Source of the DNA: Octopus bimaculoides
Lineage: Eukaryota
Assembly: GCF_001194135.2 (NCBI RefSeq)
Contig: NC_068986.1
Coordinates: forward strand, 116,458,108 to 116,507,991
Length of the DNA: 49,884 nt
Reading direction: 5' to 3'
Shown here one piece after another: positions 1-12,849 of this stretch. The position numbers were made by a program, and so were the translations under genes. Under the pieces are notes generated by a model. The model saw only the letters and a program-made list of their open reading frames with translations, was not told where the DNA came from and made no database searches. The first letter of the stretch is position 1. Each line of letters opens with the position of its first letter.

Positions 1-8
1 TATATATG

Positions 9-39
<31 letters not shown>

Positions 40-40
40 G

Positions 41-71
<31 letters not shown>

Positions 72-72
72 G

Positions 73-109
<37 letters not shown>

Positions 110-350
110 CCAAATCTGTCTTTGAAATGGCGAGACTGTATTTGATAAATGACAATGAAATAAGTGCGTAAATTTAACGGTAAATCTTCACAGAACACAC
201 CCCACTCTAAACGACTGCACTGTTCTACGTCATAATGTACTTAAGTGCAACGGGATACGCGTAACTTCTTGTCTTCCTCTCTGCCTATCTCTCCTCTCCC
301 ACTTTCTCTCCCTCTTCTCCCATCATGAAAAATAACAATCCTATCCACTA

Positions 351-945
351 TTAGCACACGGCCTGAAATTTTGGGGGCCGGGGTTAGTCGATTACATTGA
401 CCCCTGTGTTCTTTTTAGTGCGTATTTTATCGATCCCGGAAAGATGAATGGCAAAGTTGACCTCAGTGGAAATTGAACTCAGAGCGTAAGATCATGCATA
501 TTGGTTTCAAATTTTGGTGTCAGACCAGCTATTTCGGGGAAAGGGTTAAGTCGATTATATCGACCCCAGTGTTCAACTGGTACTTATCTTATCGACCCCG
601 AAAGAATGAAAGGTAAAGTCGACCTCGGCAGAATTCGAACTCAGAAAGTAAAGACGGACAAAATACTGCTAAGCATTTCGCCCGGTGTGCTAACGATTCT
701 GCCAGCACGCCGCTTTCGTAAATAGTAATAATAACCATTCTACTACTATAAGCACAATGCCTGAAATTTGGGGGAAGGGAGATTACATCGACCCCAGAGC
801 TCAACTGGCACTTATTTCATCGATCTCGAAAGGATGAAAAGTAAAAATCGACCTCGGCGGAATTTGAACTCTGACCAGTAGCGAACGGGTGAAATACCGC
901 GGAGTATTTCACCCGGCGTGCTAACGATTCTGCCAGCACGCCACC
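351..945 (-). mobile_element. Three tandem copies of tRNA-derived SINE family A (about 351-495, 528-713, 736-945)
   Basis: Repeated body ATCGACCCCGAAAG(G/A)ATGAAAGG..AAGTCGACCTCGGC.GAATT.GAACTC with B-box-like GAGTTCAAATTCC on the minus strand. The third copy is flanked by a perfect 14-bp duplication ATAGTAATAATAAC (722-735 and 952-965). Confidence 0.85.
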
Positions 946-1222
946 TTAATTATAGTAATAATAACGACAGCATAATCCGTCGCACTAACCAATAAACCCG
1001 TACAATATGGTTGCTAGACTTGCTAGAAATAATGATCAAATATTTTCTAGATTGTATCTATGTAATCGAATATCCTTCAGATTTATCAATCAATCTACTA
1101 CTACTACTACTACTACTCATAGATGTATTGCTGACTTCATAAGAATTTATAAACTTCGTGAACGTGAAATACTTTTTGGGTGGTGAAGGGTGAATTTAGA
1201 AGCAGATGCAGCTATAAATGAT

Positions 1223-1659
1223 CCTTTCGACTGGAGACACAAGGCCTCAAATTTGGTGGTGGGGGTGACTAGTCAATTACATCGACCCCCACCCCAGTGC
1301 ATAACTGGTACTTAATTTATCGACCCCGAAAGAATGAAAGGCAAAATCGACCTCGGCGGAATTTGCACTCGGAACGTAGCGATGGGCGAAATATCGTTAA
1401 GCATTTCGTTCCGCGTGCTAACGTTTCTTATTTCTTTATTGCCCACAAGGGGCTAAACACGGAGGGGACAAACAAGGACAGATAAACGGATTAAGTCGAT
1501 TACATCGACACCAGTACGTAACTGGTACTTAATTTATCGACCCCGAAAGGATGAAAGGCAAAGTCGACCTCGACGGAATTTGAACTCAGAGCGTAACAGC
1601 AGACGAAATACCGCTAAGCATTTCGCCCGGCCTGCTAACCATTCTGCCAGCTCGCCGCC
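1223..1659 (-). mobile_element. Composite of two family-A SINEs; the second copy (1428-1659) carries an alternative 3' tail
   Basis: Two SINE bodies. The unit is flanked by GATGCAGCTATAAATGAT (1205-1222) and GATGTAGCTATAAATAAT (1663-1680), 16/18 identical. Confidence 0.8.
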
Positions 1660-2119
1660 TTCGATGTAGCTATAAATAATAGCATGTAACCTTTCGGATT
1701 CGTCGTTTCCCAATAGAAAAGATGTATATTCTTTGCTTCTGGTTCTGGGTTCTTATTTGCTTCTTTTGGCATCTTTCTTTTTTCTTTTTCTTTTTGTTAT
1801 CATTTTGCAGCCCGTTCGTCCACTTTCCTTCCCATCAAGCATTGACATCTTGCAATAATCTTCTTACTGCAACTCGAGGAAGAACAGTTTTCACGTGACT
1901 GAGAAGTTGCTGGTCTCTCTCTTGCAGTTACCTGTTGTTGCATGTTCGGAAGTTACCTTCTCTTTTTCCTTATTCTCACTGTGCCCCTTCACGATTCTTT
2001 GAATTCCTTTCTCTATACACACACACATACACATACACACACGTACACACACACACACACTATATATATATATATACTAGAGCTGCTTTTTATTTCATAC
2101 GTAAATTTTCTCTTAGGTA

Positions 2120-2310
2120 TACCATTTCCGGGCATGCCAGCTCATGATGTTACAAGCCATGAGCATATAAGTCGTGGACTAGCTGGGTGACTTGCCTTCA
2201 ACCCTGGCGGGCACGTGACGTTGCCAATCCACAAAAATGGCGAAAAACCCCATCATTAGTTATCGCGTCTGTCTATATTCCGCCACGCCATGCAGCCACC
2301 GGAAAATAAA
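2120..2310. promoter_or_regulatory. Putative housekeeping-type core promoter
   Basis: CpG-richer unique island. ETS-like ATTTCCGG near 2125, E-box CACGTGAC 2212-2219, CCAAT 2224-2228, YY1-like AAAATGGCG 2234-2242, CCGGAA near 2300, and a second TCACGTGAC at 1891-1899. Confidence 0.4.
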
Positions 2311-2319
2311 CAAACCATA

Positions 2320-2332
2320 TACATATATATAC

Positions 2333-2378
<46 letters not shown>

Positions 2379-2531
2379 AATAATAATATATGTATGTATG
2401 TATTATTTAATGAATGGCAGAACAAACAGGTGTTATGTAATCACCTTCATGAGCTTACTGCTGTTTCTGCCATAAGAAGCAGTGCTTGTGCGACAACCTG
2501 TAACTTTCTCGGAGCCATATATATGTTTGTT

Positions 2532-2583
<52 letters not shown>

Positions 2584-2586
2584 TAA

Positions 2587-2644
<58 letters not shown>

Positions 2645-2809
2645 CTTCCAGAAACAGCTGGAAGAGTTTAAATTTTTTAATAATAATAACGTATATGACT
2701 TGAGATGTTTGTCATGCATTAGCGTTTGTTGTCCTCTTTAACATATATATATGTGTGTGTGTGTATATATATGTATATGTATATATATATGTGTGTGTGT
2801 ATATATATG

Positions 2810-2883
<74 letters not shown>

Positions 2884-2913
2884 AGTGTGTGTGTGTGTGT
2901 GTGTGTGTATGTC

Positions 2914-2946
<33 letters not shown>

Positions 2947-2985
2947 GAGTATATATGTGTATATCTATCTATCTATCTATCTATC

Positions 2986-3020
<35 letters not shown>
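2320..3020. repeat. Microsatellite cluster (ATA)n, (TA)n, (GA)n, (TG)n, (TATC)n. Similar clusters at 1-110, 9480-9590, 11655-12010, 12215-12395, 24830-24985, 42630-42960 and 49325-49860
   Basis: Read directly from the sequence. Confidence 0.97.
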
Positions 3021-3023
<3 letters not shown>

Positions 3024-4610
3024 CCGTCTCTTTTTTTCTCGGTCAAAAACTGACTTCACTGCGTCTCTATTTCTCACCATCTTGCTCTACAGCTCGATAT
3101 CATACACACATTTCTCTGTTACTCTCATTTTCTCTTCCTTTCCTTCTTTGTGTTTTCCCTTTTAAGTGTTCTATTTGGTTTTCTGATATTCTTCTGACTT
3201 TGATAATAAGCTTTTTTTTCTCAAGCAAGCTAGTCTGTCGGCGTCTAACGTTACGTCTTTCCTTACAAATATTATAAGTGTATATTCTCATAGCTTCCTT
3301 TTGCTTTTTTTCGTTTTTCGTTTCTTTTCTTTGTTTCTCTTTCTTTGTAGAATGTCGTTGTAAAAATATGTATTTAGAATAAAAACAAATTCTTCACGTG
3401 TCCATTTCTACTTTTTCTGATTTATTCCCGAGATTGAGATGTCGAGTCTGGCTTTTTATTTTCTCCGGATCCCGGGTAGCTTTTTTTTCTAGTGATGCTC
3501 AGTTTCCGTGCACAATTTTTCGTACTTTTATTCACAAGATATAAAATACAAAAAAAAAGAAAAGAAAATAGAAACACCGAGTTTAATGATACGTATAATT
3601 TGTATTGTTTTTCATTTTTGTTGCAGAGAAGATAGAAAAGGTTTGCTGTGATATGATTTTACTTTTAATTAGTAAATTTATAAACCGCATTTGGCCATGA
3701 CAATTACCGATTATTTTATTTCATAATATTCCTATAATATTAGATTCTGGGTTCAAACGCTTGTTAAAATAAGTACCAGTTGAGTACTGAGGTCAATGTA
3801 ATCGAACTTTATATCTTCTCTGAAAGTGCTGGTACTGTAACAAAATTTGAAACCGATAGTTCTATAACATAGCTTTATGTTTTGGCATCATATCTATGGT
3901 ATCTCCATTTTGGTATCATCTCAAAAACATATATATTGAGTTTGATATTAAATATATTTATCTTACATATCTTTATTGATATCTTTCTCTTTTATTTTGA
4001 TATATTTCTGTTCATTTTTTTCTTTGGTTGTGGTGTTTAAATTGAACTATATTTAGTTGCTATTTATAACAGACCAAACAACCACTTAGAGTCCCCATCA
4101 TTGTTATTGCTGTTCTTACTCATGTTAACCACATAACAAGTGCTTCAGATGTACTGGATACACTCCATCACCAATCTATGTGAGTATATTACTAGTTTGA
4201 GACTGATTCAATGAAAGGTTTAATCCACATTATAACTCCAAGCACACTGACTTTGTACAGCTCAAGTACTGCGTTTCATTGTGATTCTCCTGCAACACCA
4301 TGTCTCAGTTTCATTGAGTGTCGATAGGTATCATGGTACAACGATTTTCCATAGCACCTAATTAATCGTTTATCAAAGTGTAGTTCCCAATAGTTTCAAG
4401 TACATTTTACATCACGTGTTCTCAGATAGGATTGAGTGAAGTTCGTTCTTTTATTAGAACCCATTAGTAAATTAAGCGAAACCAGGAGACTTGCTCCACA
4501 ATTATTCAGCTGGTAGAATCGTAAGAGCGTCGGGAGAAATGCCTTGCGGTATTTCTGGCTCTCTACACTTTCTTCACGTTCTCCCTTAAAACTGATAGCT
4601 TTGTACTAAG

Positions 4611-4819
4611 GCAGTAATCTGGCAGAATCGTTAGCACGCTGACCAAAATGCATGAACGGCATTTCGTCTGTCTTTACGGTCTGAGTTTAAATTCCGCTGA
4701 GGCCGACTTTGCCTTTCGTTCTTTCGCGAACGATAAAATAATTACCAGTTGAGCAGTGGAGTCGATACAGTTCACTTAGCCCCTCCTAAGAAATTGCTGG
4801 TCTTGTGCCAAAATTTGAA
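4611..4819 (+). mobile_element. SINE family A copy
   Basis: GGCAGAATCGTTAGCACG head, GAGTTTAAATTCCGC B-box region and GTGCCAAAATTTGAA tail. Confidence 0.8.
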
Positions 4820-5599
4820 GTTACTGCTACTGACCACGTTAGTTTTATTTTGTTTTAAAGAATTGCTGATAATTTTCATCAATTGGTTTTGCTAAATTTT
4901 ATGTCTCATTGTGTTGTGAAACCGACCACGTCAGCACAGGTCTTGTTGGTCCATTATTTCTTGCTCTTTAGGGAAAATGATCCCATAAAGAAAAGAAAAA
5001 TCTGAAAAATATAAAGTATAAACATTGTAAGAATTGGTAGCTGCTTAACCAGAAGGCGTGAAAGGAGGAAATAAAGCAGCGAGGAAATCTTTTCTATCTT
5101 TGCTTACACTGCGGAGGTCTTCCTTCTCTCCCAGCCATCAACATAGTCATGACCACCTCCTACTATCATGGGATTAGTTAAAAAAGAAGTGATCATTGCA
5201 ACAATAAGCAACCAAACAACAACAACAATAACAACAGTGAGAACAACATCAAAGATGACAGAGCAACAGCATTAGCAACATGTTGGTTAGAAGAGCAACA
5301 ACAACACCGAATGTGAATAGAAAAAATACCGCTGCCACTTCGGTAACAAGTCAGTCGAACACCAAAGTACAAAGTATAAGCCCGACCACCACAGTTACCA
5401 CTACAAACATCACAGCTGCTACCGTTTCACTGAAGCAACCAGCAATATCTCCAGTGGCAACATCAACAATGTCAATGATATGGCAATTGCTGGGACTGGC
5501 TTGTTCACCAGTACAATATGAGTTGCGGAGCGACTACAACTGCAAAGTAACAACTTCGAGAAATCAGATTAACCTGGAATGAGGGCAGAAAAGTTGCTA

Positions 5600-7830
5600 T
5601 AGCTTTAACCCAGTATTTTCTGCATTTTCGGTGCATAAGCATGAAAATCCGGCTCAAAGAAAAGCCCCGGCAACATTGAACAGTGATCGTCAGATTGATT
5701 TCTGAAGGCCAGGTGAAAAGCTATTTTCCTGATGCGGTTAGACTGAGGCGTTCATCCTCGTTCTGTTCCATTGTAAAAAGACGGGTTCATGTCAAAAGTA
5801 AGGGCGGTGGATGTACTACCCGAAACGAACACCTAGGAAAGGTTGTTTTGACCGTCGAGAAGCACGAAGCGACTATCCTAGTGGTACACATGGTACGCCA
5901 AGAGAAGTGACTATAGATCAGGAGCGAACGGATAAAGTAAAGTTCCTTCGAGACCCTCCACTGCTTGTATGATGGAAGTGAGAAGACCCTGGTGTCATAA
6001 ATGTGGTGGCACCACCAAACACACTTGTAGTATCTATAACAAAACCCCTAAAATAATAACAATGACACAACTTGCTACTTCAATCATAAGATTCCTAGCA
6101 ATGGGAAATCTCCAGCAAAACATACACACATACGCAATCACACGTACGCGCGCGTTATGCAAAGTTTTATCACCTACCGCCATTGCGATCATACTGTGCA
6201 ACGTAGCTGGGGCAAAGACCCATCAGCAGAGATCTATTTTTCATGGTTAAGGCGAAGATAATACAGGCAAAAAAAATGCCACCCAAGCTGAAACGCAGGT
6301 TTGAGAAAATGGCTAAAATCCTATCAACCAGTCACACACACATTCATATTATTATTAAAGACATCAAGACACTCGGAACAACGACAGCAACACGTAGATC
6401 CGCAACCACACCAATAACAAAAAAATTACAAGAAAAAACCAATAAAACAATAACTACAATAACAACATCGACAGCGAAATATACAAGGGACATAATCCAT
6501 CGACTTCTCTACTGTATAAAGAAACAAGAGTTGAAAGATAACCTAACAAGAGAGAAAGCATAAACAAGAAGTGAGGTTAATGAGGTGTTTTTTCCTAAAA
6601 ATCCATCATGAAGACGTCCGAAAATTCCATCGAACATTTACAAAATCCTGAAAACAATATTTTGTAATGTGGGAATTTTCTGCAATGGAAGCAAGACTCT
6701 CTTGAAGGGGAATTTCAAAACCTCTTCATCGCTCAGCAGACCAAATTATCACTCAGTCTCCAAGGTAAGTCTCGGTTCTTTTCCTCCGACCCGTATGACC
6801 ATACCCAGAGTGGATTGTGTAGAAATTAACGTGATCAGGGTTTAGCGACCTTGATTCAAAGCTCGCTTGTTCAACCAGCCCAGGCTATTAGAAATACATA
6901 TGGCAGCCAACATCGACACCCTCGCACTCGCACACGCCCTCATCTTTGATGACTGAGTGGTGTATGTCTTTTTCTTGGTCAGCCCAAATCAGGTGGCAAA
7001 TTCGCAATGTTGTTACGGAAAAGTTGGGGTTTCGAATTTCGAACGATCTACCTGAATCCGGACTAAAAGTCGATGGTACTGGATGCGAACAGCAATGTGG
7101 ACGCGCCTTCATATTGGTAGCCGTTTATTCGCCACCCTAAAAAGACAAGCAACGGTGACAAACACGTGTATTACTTAAGTCGAATATTACCACGTGACCG
7201 TCTAAACTGTTCTATCTTGTGTCTAACAAAGTTGGGGTGTTTGCTCTTTCACTTTTTTTGGAAGGGACACGTTTTACTGGTGGCCCTTCTGCTGCCAATA
7301 CTCTATGCACTACAAGCTTGATATGGAGTAACTCATGAGGCACAAATATGCACTATACCTGCAGCAACTGCAAAGATTCCAGAAAGACAAGGAGGTGCGG
7401 TCACTTTTTGTTGGGCACATTTTCTCGTAGTTAGTTTCATTCTCAGACCTGCAGTCCGGGTAGACCCAAATGTTGGCCATAACAGGACGCCTAGCATGTG
7501 GATCATTGTTGGTCCTTCAGAGATTTCTGTTTATCTGGTAATTTACTGATGGAATTTCTACTTGAGATTTCTATAGAGTGAAGACAAATAGTGGGAAAGA
7601 CGAGCGTTCTCTGAGTAACTTGGGTGTCAACAAGTTTCAACTAGCTATTCTGTTGCGGCGGTCTTACACCCTGGGGGTTAGAAATGATTCTGAAATTCCT
7701 GGTTTGGTAGTGAATTAGGAAACGAGGATATTGCCAGCTAGAAATCAATTCTACATGCACGAAAATACCGTAAGCCGAGCGCATCAGAGGTACGGGAAAG
7801 GAAATTCGATGGCTGGCACTGCAAATGTGT
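5600..7830 (+). mobile_element. Highly degenerate L1/Tx1-clade LINE remnant (ORF1 piece plus APE endonuclease)
   Basis: Near 7000-7140, frameshifted GGKFAMLLRKSWGFEFRTIYLNPD*KSMVLDANSN / GRAFILVAVYSPP, an APE strand motif. SLSNL..KFQLA near 7610-7650. Cys/His knuckle-like WCHKCGGTTKH near 6000. Confidence 0.55.
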
Positions 7831-9234
7831 GTCTATTGTAGTGGAACCAAGGACAGCAGTGAAGATCGATATCGGTGACAATAATAACAGTGCTGATACT
7901 CTAGTCGATAGTTTACAGTTACAGCAATTGTAATATCGCTATGAAAGACAGGGTGAGGCCACAACACATTGGTGAGTGAACAAACAAATCCTTGTCGTGT
8001 TTAGATGAGCGGAGGCTTACCAGTCAGTCAGTCAGTTCGACTTTTAAAAGAGACGGAGAGATATGACTGTGACCGTGGTTTATACCCAAGTCACACTTGA
8101 ACCAGCTGTCATATAATCAATGGTTATCTAACTGTGACTATCCGGATATTTTCTCTCACATAACGTATCTAGTATTATATTAGCTTTTTTACGATGGACG
8201 TCTTGATTAAGTTTACGACGACTTGCTGTTATTTCTAGCTGATATATGCGGCTGGCTAGCAGTCTAAAATCTTTCGTATGCAGTATCAGTACCGCCCCAG
8301 ATATGTTACATGAGTCTAATGTGCACTTGAGCCCTTTTTAGAGTTACAGGGGAATGTAGATGATAACGATAATGATGGTGGTGGCAGCAGCGACCGCGGC
8401 GGTGGTGCTGTTGTTGATGATGATGACGACGGTGAAGGAGGAAGACGTGATGGTGGTGGTGGTGATTATTATGATAACGATAATGATGGTGCACTACTCA
8501 GGCGACAACCTTTCAGCCCATGGGTCTGTTTTGGACCGTCGTTGCTGGTGTGAGTTTTAAGATGTCGGAGAGAAGTTGCTACCTCAACCCCTTTTTATGA
8601 CACGCTGAGGAAACGTTGGATCTCTTGTTTGACATACTGGTCCCGACACAGCACTGGAGCAACGTGACATAAAGTGTTTTGCTCAAGAACAAAGCACCCC
8701 CGTCCGGTCCGGGAGTGAAACCCAGCATCTGGCGATCGTGAGTGTAACACCCCAACGACTAAACCCCCGTCCTTCAAAGTAGAGTGTTTATATTTTTTAA
8801 TCTCAATTTTGAGATGTACATTATTGAATATTTAAAGTAGAGAAACAATGTGACATTTCAGTAGCATTTAAAACTGAATTAATTATAGCCGTCTCACTTA
8901 ATGAACGTACGAAGCATTTTATAGCCTTTTCGGCAAATAGTCAGGTATCGATGTATGACTGACTATTAACATCCTGATGCGGATGCGAATATTATTACTT
9001 ATATATTGTCACGCTGCTTTCCTACTTCGATTAAGTGAAAATCGATAGTTTCATGTATGCTACATACATACGTACATACATACATACATACAGGCAGATA
9101 GACATATGTATATGTGTGTATATATGTATTTATGTATGCACGCATGTATGCATTTAGGTGTGTACGTGTACTTCGAAAAAAAAAATTTAAGGCGTTTTTA
9201 TTGTAACAATGTTAATGGGGCTAGTAAGGTATTG

Positions 9235-9409
9235 AATTGACAGAATCGCTAGCATAGCGGACAAAATGCTTAGTGGCATTTCGTCCGTTTTTATGCTCTA
9301 AGTTCAAATTCCACCGGAGTCGGCTTTGATTTTCATTCTTTTGGGGTACCAGTTATACACTGGGTCGATGTACTAAATTTCTGCCCTTGTGCCAAAATTT
9401 GAAACCAAT
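9235..9409 (+). mobile_element. SINE family A copy, degenerate
   Basis: CAGAATCGCTAGCA..AAATGCTTAG..AGTTCAAATTCC..GTGCCAAAATTTGAAACC. Confidence 0.7.
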
Positions 9410-9481
9410 ATTAATGTGGCTATTAGAAAGCACAATGCTCCACAGTCACTACTAGTTTTATTTCGCCCGGATGGAATGGTT

Positions 9482-9545
<64 letters not shown>

Positions 9546-9555
9546 ACTAACTATT

Positions 9556-9592
<37 letters not shown>

Positions 9593-10165
9593 CTCCAATG
9601 TATAATTTGCGATGAATATAAATATCAGTGAAAAAGTGTGAAAGCCGGTACTCTCCGAAAAAAAGATTTTTGCGGTACTTTTCTAAATCCAGTCACGAAG
9701 TACTTTAAAAAATAGTTAAAACGAAACGGGGGAGTTTGCTAATATGATATTAAGTAATGTCATCTTACGAACATTTCATCAGCCATGAATAAATATCAGT
9801 TATGTAAGGAAATCTCATCTGACAGCATTGTCAAATCTTCAGAGATTGTGTAACATTCAGCAGCAATCTTTAGTACTTTGTAGATGACATTGTTGTTATT
9901 TAAATTACAACAACAACCGTCGATGTAGTAGTTTATACGACAACTCTGTCATGCATCCTGCATGAATACTAAAAATTACTAATGAAAGTTATGCAGTCTC
10001 TGAAGATTTAAAATTGTAATCAAGTACTAATAATTTCTTTATATAACTATTAACGAAACGCGCGTGGGATTACATAACTTATTCTATAATCGACTTCTAT
10101 TGTGTTTTATTTGTATATAATAATATACGAACATATGTGTTTATATACACATTTATCCATAAATA

Positions 10166-10551
10166 GGCGCAGGCGCAGCTGTGTGGTAAAAAGATTCTTT
10201 CCCCACCACATAGTCCACAGTTCAGTCCCACTATGTGACACCTTGGGCAAGTATCTTCTCCTATAGCCTCGGGTAGACCAAGTCCTTATGAGTTAATTTG
10301 GTAGACGGATACTGAAAAAAGCCGTCGTATATATATAAATCTGTGTGTGTGCCAGTGTTTGTTCCCCACCAACAATTGAAAACCGGTGTTGGTGTGTTTA
10401 CGTCCCCGTAATCTAGCGGTTCGGCAAAAGTGCCGATAGACTAAGTACCAAACTTAGAAGTACTAGGGTCGATTGTCTCGACGAAAATTCTTCAAGGTGG
10501 TGCCCCAGCATGGCCATAGTCTAATGGCTGAATCAAGTAAAAAGAAAAGAA
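10166..10551 (+). mobile_element. tRNA-derived SINE family B with an internal microsatellite
   Basis: GGCGCAGG..GTGTGGTAA head, CACCTTGGGCAAGT.TCTTCT.CTATAGCCTCGGG core, GGTGTGTTTACGTCCCCGTAA..CCAGCATGGCC 3' part; homologous to 18262-18674. Confidence 0.85.
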
Positions 10552-10552
10552 A

Positions 10553-10588
<36 letters not shown>

Positions 10589-10597
10589 AGTAAATCA

Positions 10598-10830
10598 TGC
10601 ACTCACGATTACGAGATCGTGGGTTCGATTCCCAAACCAGGCGTTGCGTTGTATTCTTGAGCAAAGCACTTCATTTCACGTTGCTGCTCTGCGATCATTT
10701 CATCATCTGACATGTAGTACACGGTGCACCTGTACAGGTAATGTCAATTTGGTAGAGGGAGTGAGCTTGTGTGTACACAAACATTTGATCACTATAAACA
10801 AATCATCTGTGTGGTTGTTCGGTAAGAAAT
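10598..10830 (+). mobile_element. tRNA-derived SINE family C; another copy on the minus strand at about 8595-8765
   Basis: CACTCACGAT..GTGGGTTCGATTCCC head and TTCTTGAGCAAAGCACTT core, mirrored at 8670-8760. Confidence 0.65.
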
Positions 10831-11060
10831 TGCCAAACCCTCATACGTCGTCTAACGACGGGAGAGTCCATGATATATATGCATGCATGTGTGTGTTCAG
10901 TATGCACCTTGTAATATGCTATTTAAAGCCTGTTCACACTATTCGTGTACCAGATGTCAACAACAGTATGGGAGTATAGGCCACTGGATTTACTGCAGGT
11001 TTTCCTTTGTGTCCCCTGATATGTTTTATGTAAATAGAGGAATTTATCTGTAAAATAATA

Positions 11061-11217
11061 CGTGACAATTATTCGGCTGCCATAATAAAACACCGAGTTT
11101 CAGATGTCGGGGCGGAAGTTTTTTGTTTGTCTTAATAACTGACGAGATGTGGGAGCAGATTTCCGCCCCGACATCTGAAACTCGGAGTTTTATTATGGCA
11201 ACCGAATAACTGTCACA
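11061..11217. mobile_element. 157-bp MITE with long terminal inverted repeats and TA flanks
   Basis: Arms 11056-11117 and 11161-11222 (62 bp, 4 mismatches, including a perfect 25-bp CCGAGTTTCAGATGTCGGGGCGGAA), 43-bp spacer, TA at 11059-60 and 11218-19. Confidence 0.75.
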
Positions 11218-11679
11218 TATTATATATATATATACACGAATATATGTGTGTGCATTTGTGCGTATGTTCGTGTGGATGTGTATGAGCCTTGATAGATAAG
11301 GCGATATTGACATATGATGGACGGACACATCCAGGATGAGATTTTCAGAGATGCTGCAAGCGAGATATTATTGACCCTAAGTTTGCTCTATTTTAAAATT
11401 AAAGGTACGAAAGTTAACATACTCTGTATGAAATTTGTTCAGAAGTAATAGAAAAACACTGAGTCGCTCGACAAATAATCCCATGCATACTTCATCTCTA
11501 TAATTATTAATATTGAGTACTGTTTCCTGTGAGAAATGATACTTGCTTCGTTTATTATAAATATGAATGTACAATTTATTGAAATGAATACCGTGTCTTA
11601 GTGGTACGCATTTTATTGATTTCAGAGGAGGTCGGCAGAAGCGGAGTATATGTGCATGTGTGTGTGTGTGTGTCTGTAT

Positions 11680-11727
<48 letters not shown>

Positions 11728-11849
11728 AGGAGCTGGGGGACCAGAGCATTTTGTATGCAAGGAACAATGTCAAAACTTATACTGCGAACCCCATTGTAAT
11801 TATGTATGTCATAATATCCACACACATACATGCACACACACACAGACAC

Positions 11850-11882
<33 letters not shown>

Positions 11883-12213
11883 GTCATATATGTATATATT
11901 CATCAGACATATCTATATGAAAATCCATATACATACATTTCACATACATATTTACATATACATACATATATACACACACATACATATATGTATGTATGTG
12001 TGTATGTATGTACGTATGAATGGGAACCTAATTTCACCCCCCTCATCTACCTAAAGGACGGGTACAGCTCTCCAGCATTTTCATTAAACATTCGGTTCAG
12101 ATTCTGTGAAAAAAATTGTTGCTCGAGGTTCGATCCTCGCCTCATTCGCTTCGAAATATTTATTTTATCCTTCTCTTTGTGATATTTGTGTATATTCATG
12201 CATGCTTTGATTA

Positions 12214-12279
<66 letters not shown>

Positions 12280-12360
12280 ATATATATGTGTATATATATA
12301 TATATCTGTGTATATATGTATATATATGTGTGTATATATATGTGTATATATATATATATT

Positions 12361-12399
<39 letters not shown>

Positions 12400-12849
12400 G
12401 CATTACTTAGTCTAAAAACAAGAGTATACTGATGACCAGCCTTCAATAATTTCCGTTTATTTAATCACTTACAACTGGATTATATTTAAGTTGAAAGAAA
12501 ATATTTTAGTCTTTGAAAAGCTGCCAGTTTAAACACGGAAAATTATAATTAGCCTAACGCAATTATTGGTGATATTAAGCCACAAAACCGAACATCACTT
12601 AATTTAAGAACATTAATTTTTTTTTTGTTTGTTTTTGGTTTAATATCCATATAAGGGAAACTTAACTCTTTGTTCGTATCATATATTAAGACTAGCTATG
12701 ATTGAGAAATGAAAATGCATGTCAGAAACGTGATGGGGAATTTTCCAGCTACCTAAGACGAAATGGACTGTTGAAGCCATTAAAATGGCTTGAGTCGGAG
12801 GCTCAATAATCGCTGTCATTCTGTGGATAACTTCAATGAAACGTGTTTA

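Noticed and set aside
2290-3291. ORFs rich in I/Y/C/V/H/T (also 11377-12446, 37203-37606, 42783-43067, 49029-49693)
   Set aside because: They are translations of (TA)n, (TG)n, (CA)n and (ATA)n microsatellites.
4072-4179. Exon-like segment with AG and GTGAGT boundaries (similar cases at about 6765 and 30398-30475)
   Set aside because: The translations have no SMOC or other recognisable motif and the phases do not fit the model; such sites are common by chance.
4611-4700. tRNA-like heads with A/B boxes in SINE copies
   Set aside because: They continue into SINE bodies and no complete cloverleaf is evident, so they are not tRNA genes.
5160-5582. Thr/Gln-rich mucin-like ORF (also 6243-6563 and 8360-8560)
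   Set aside because: Degenerate (AAC)n or (GAT/GGT)n low-complexity DNA with no splice support.
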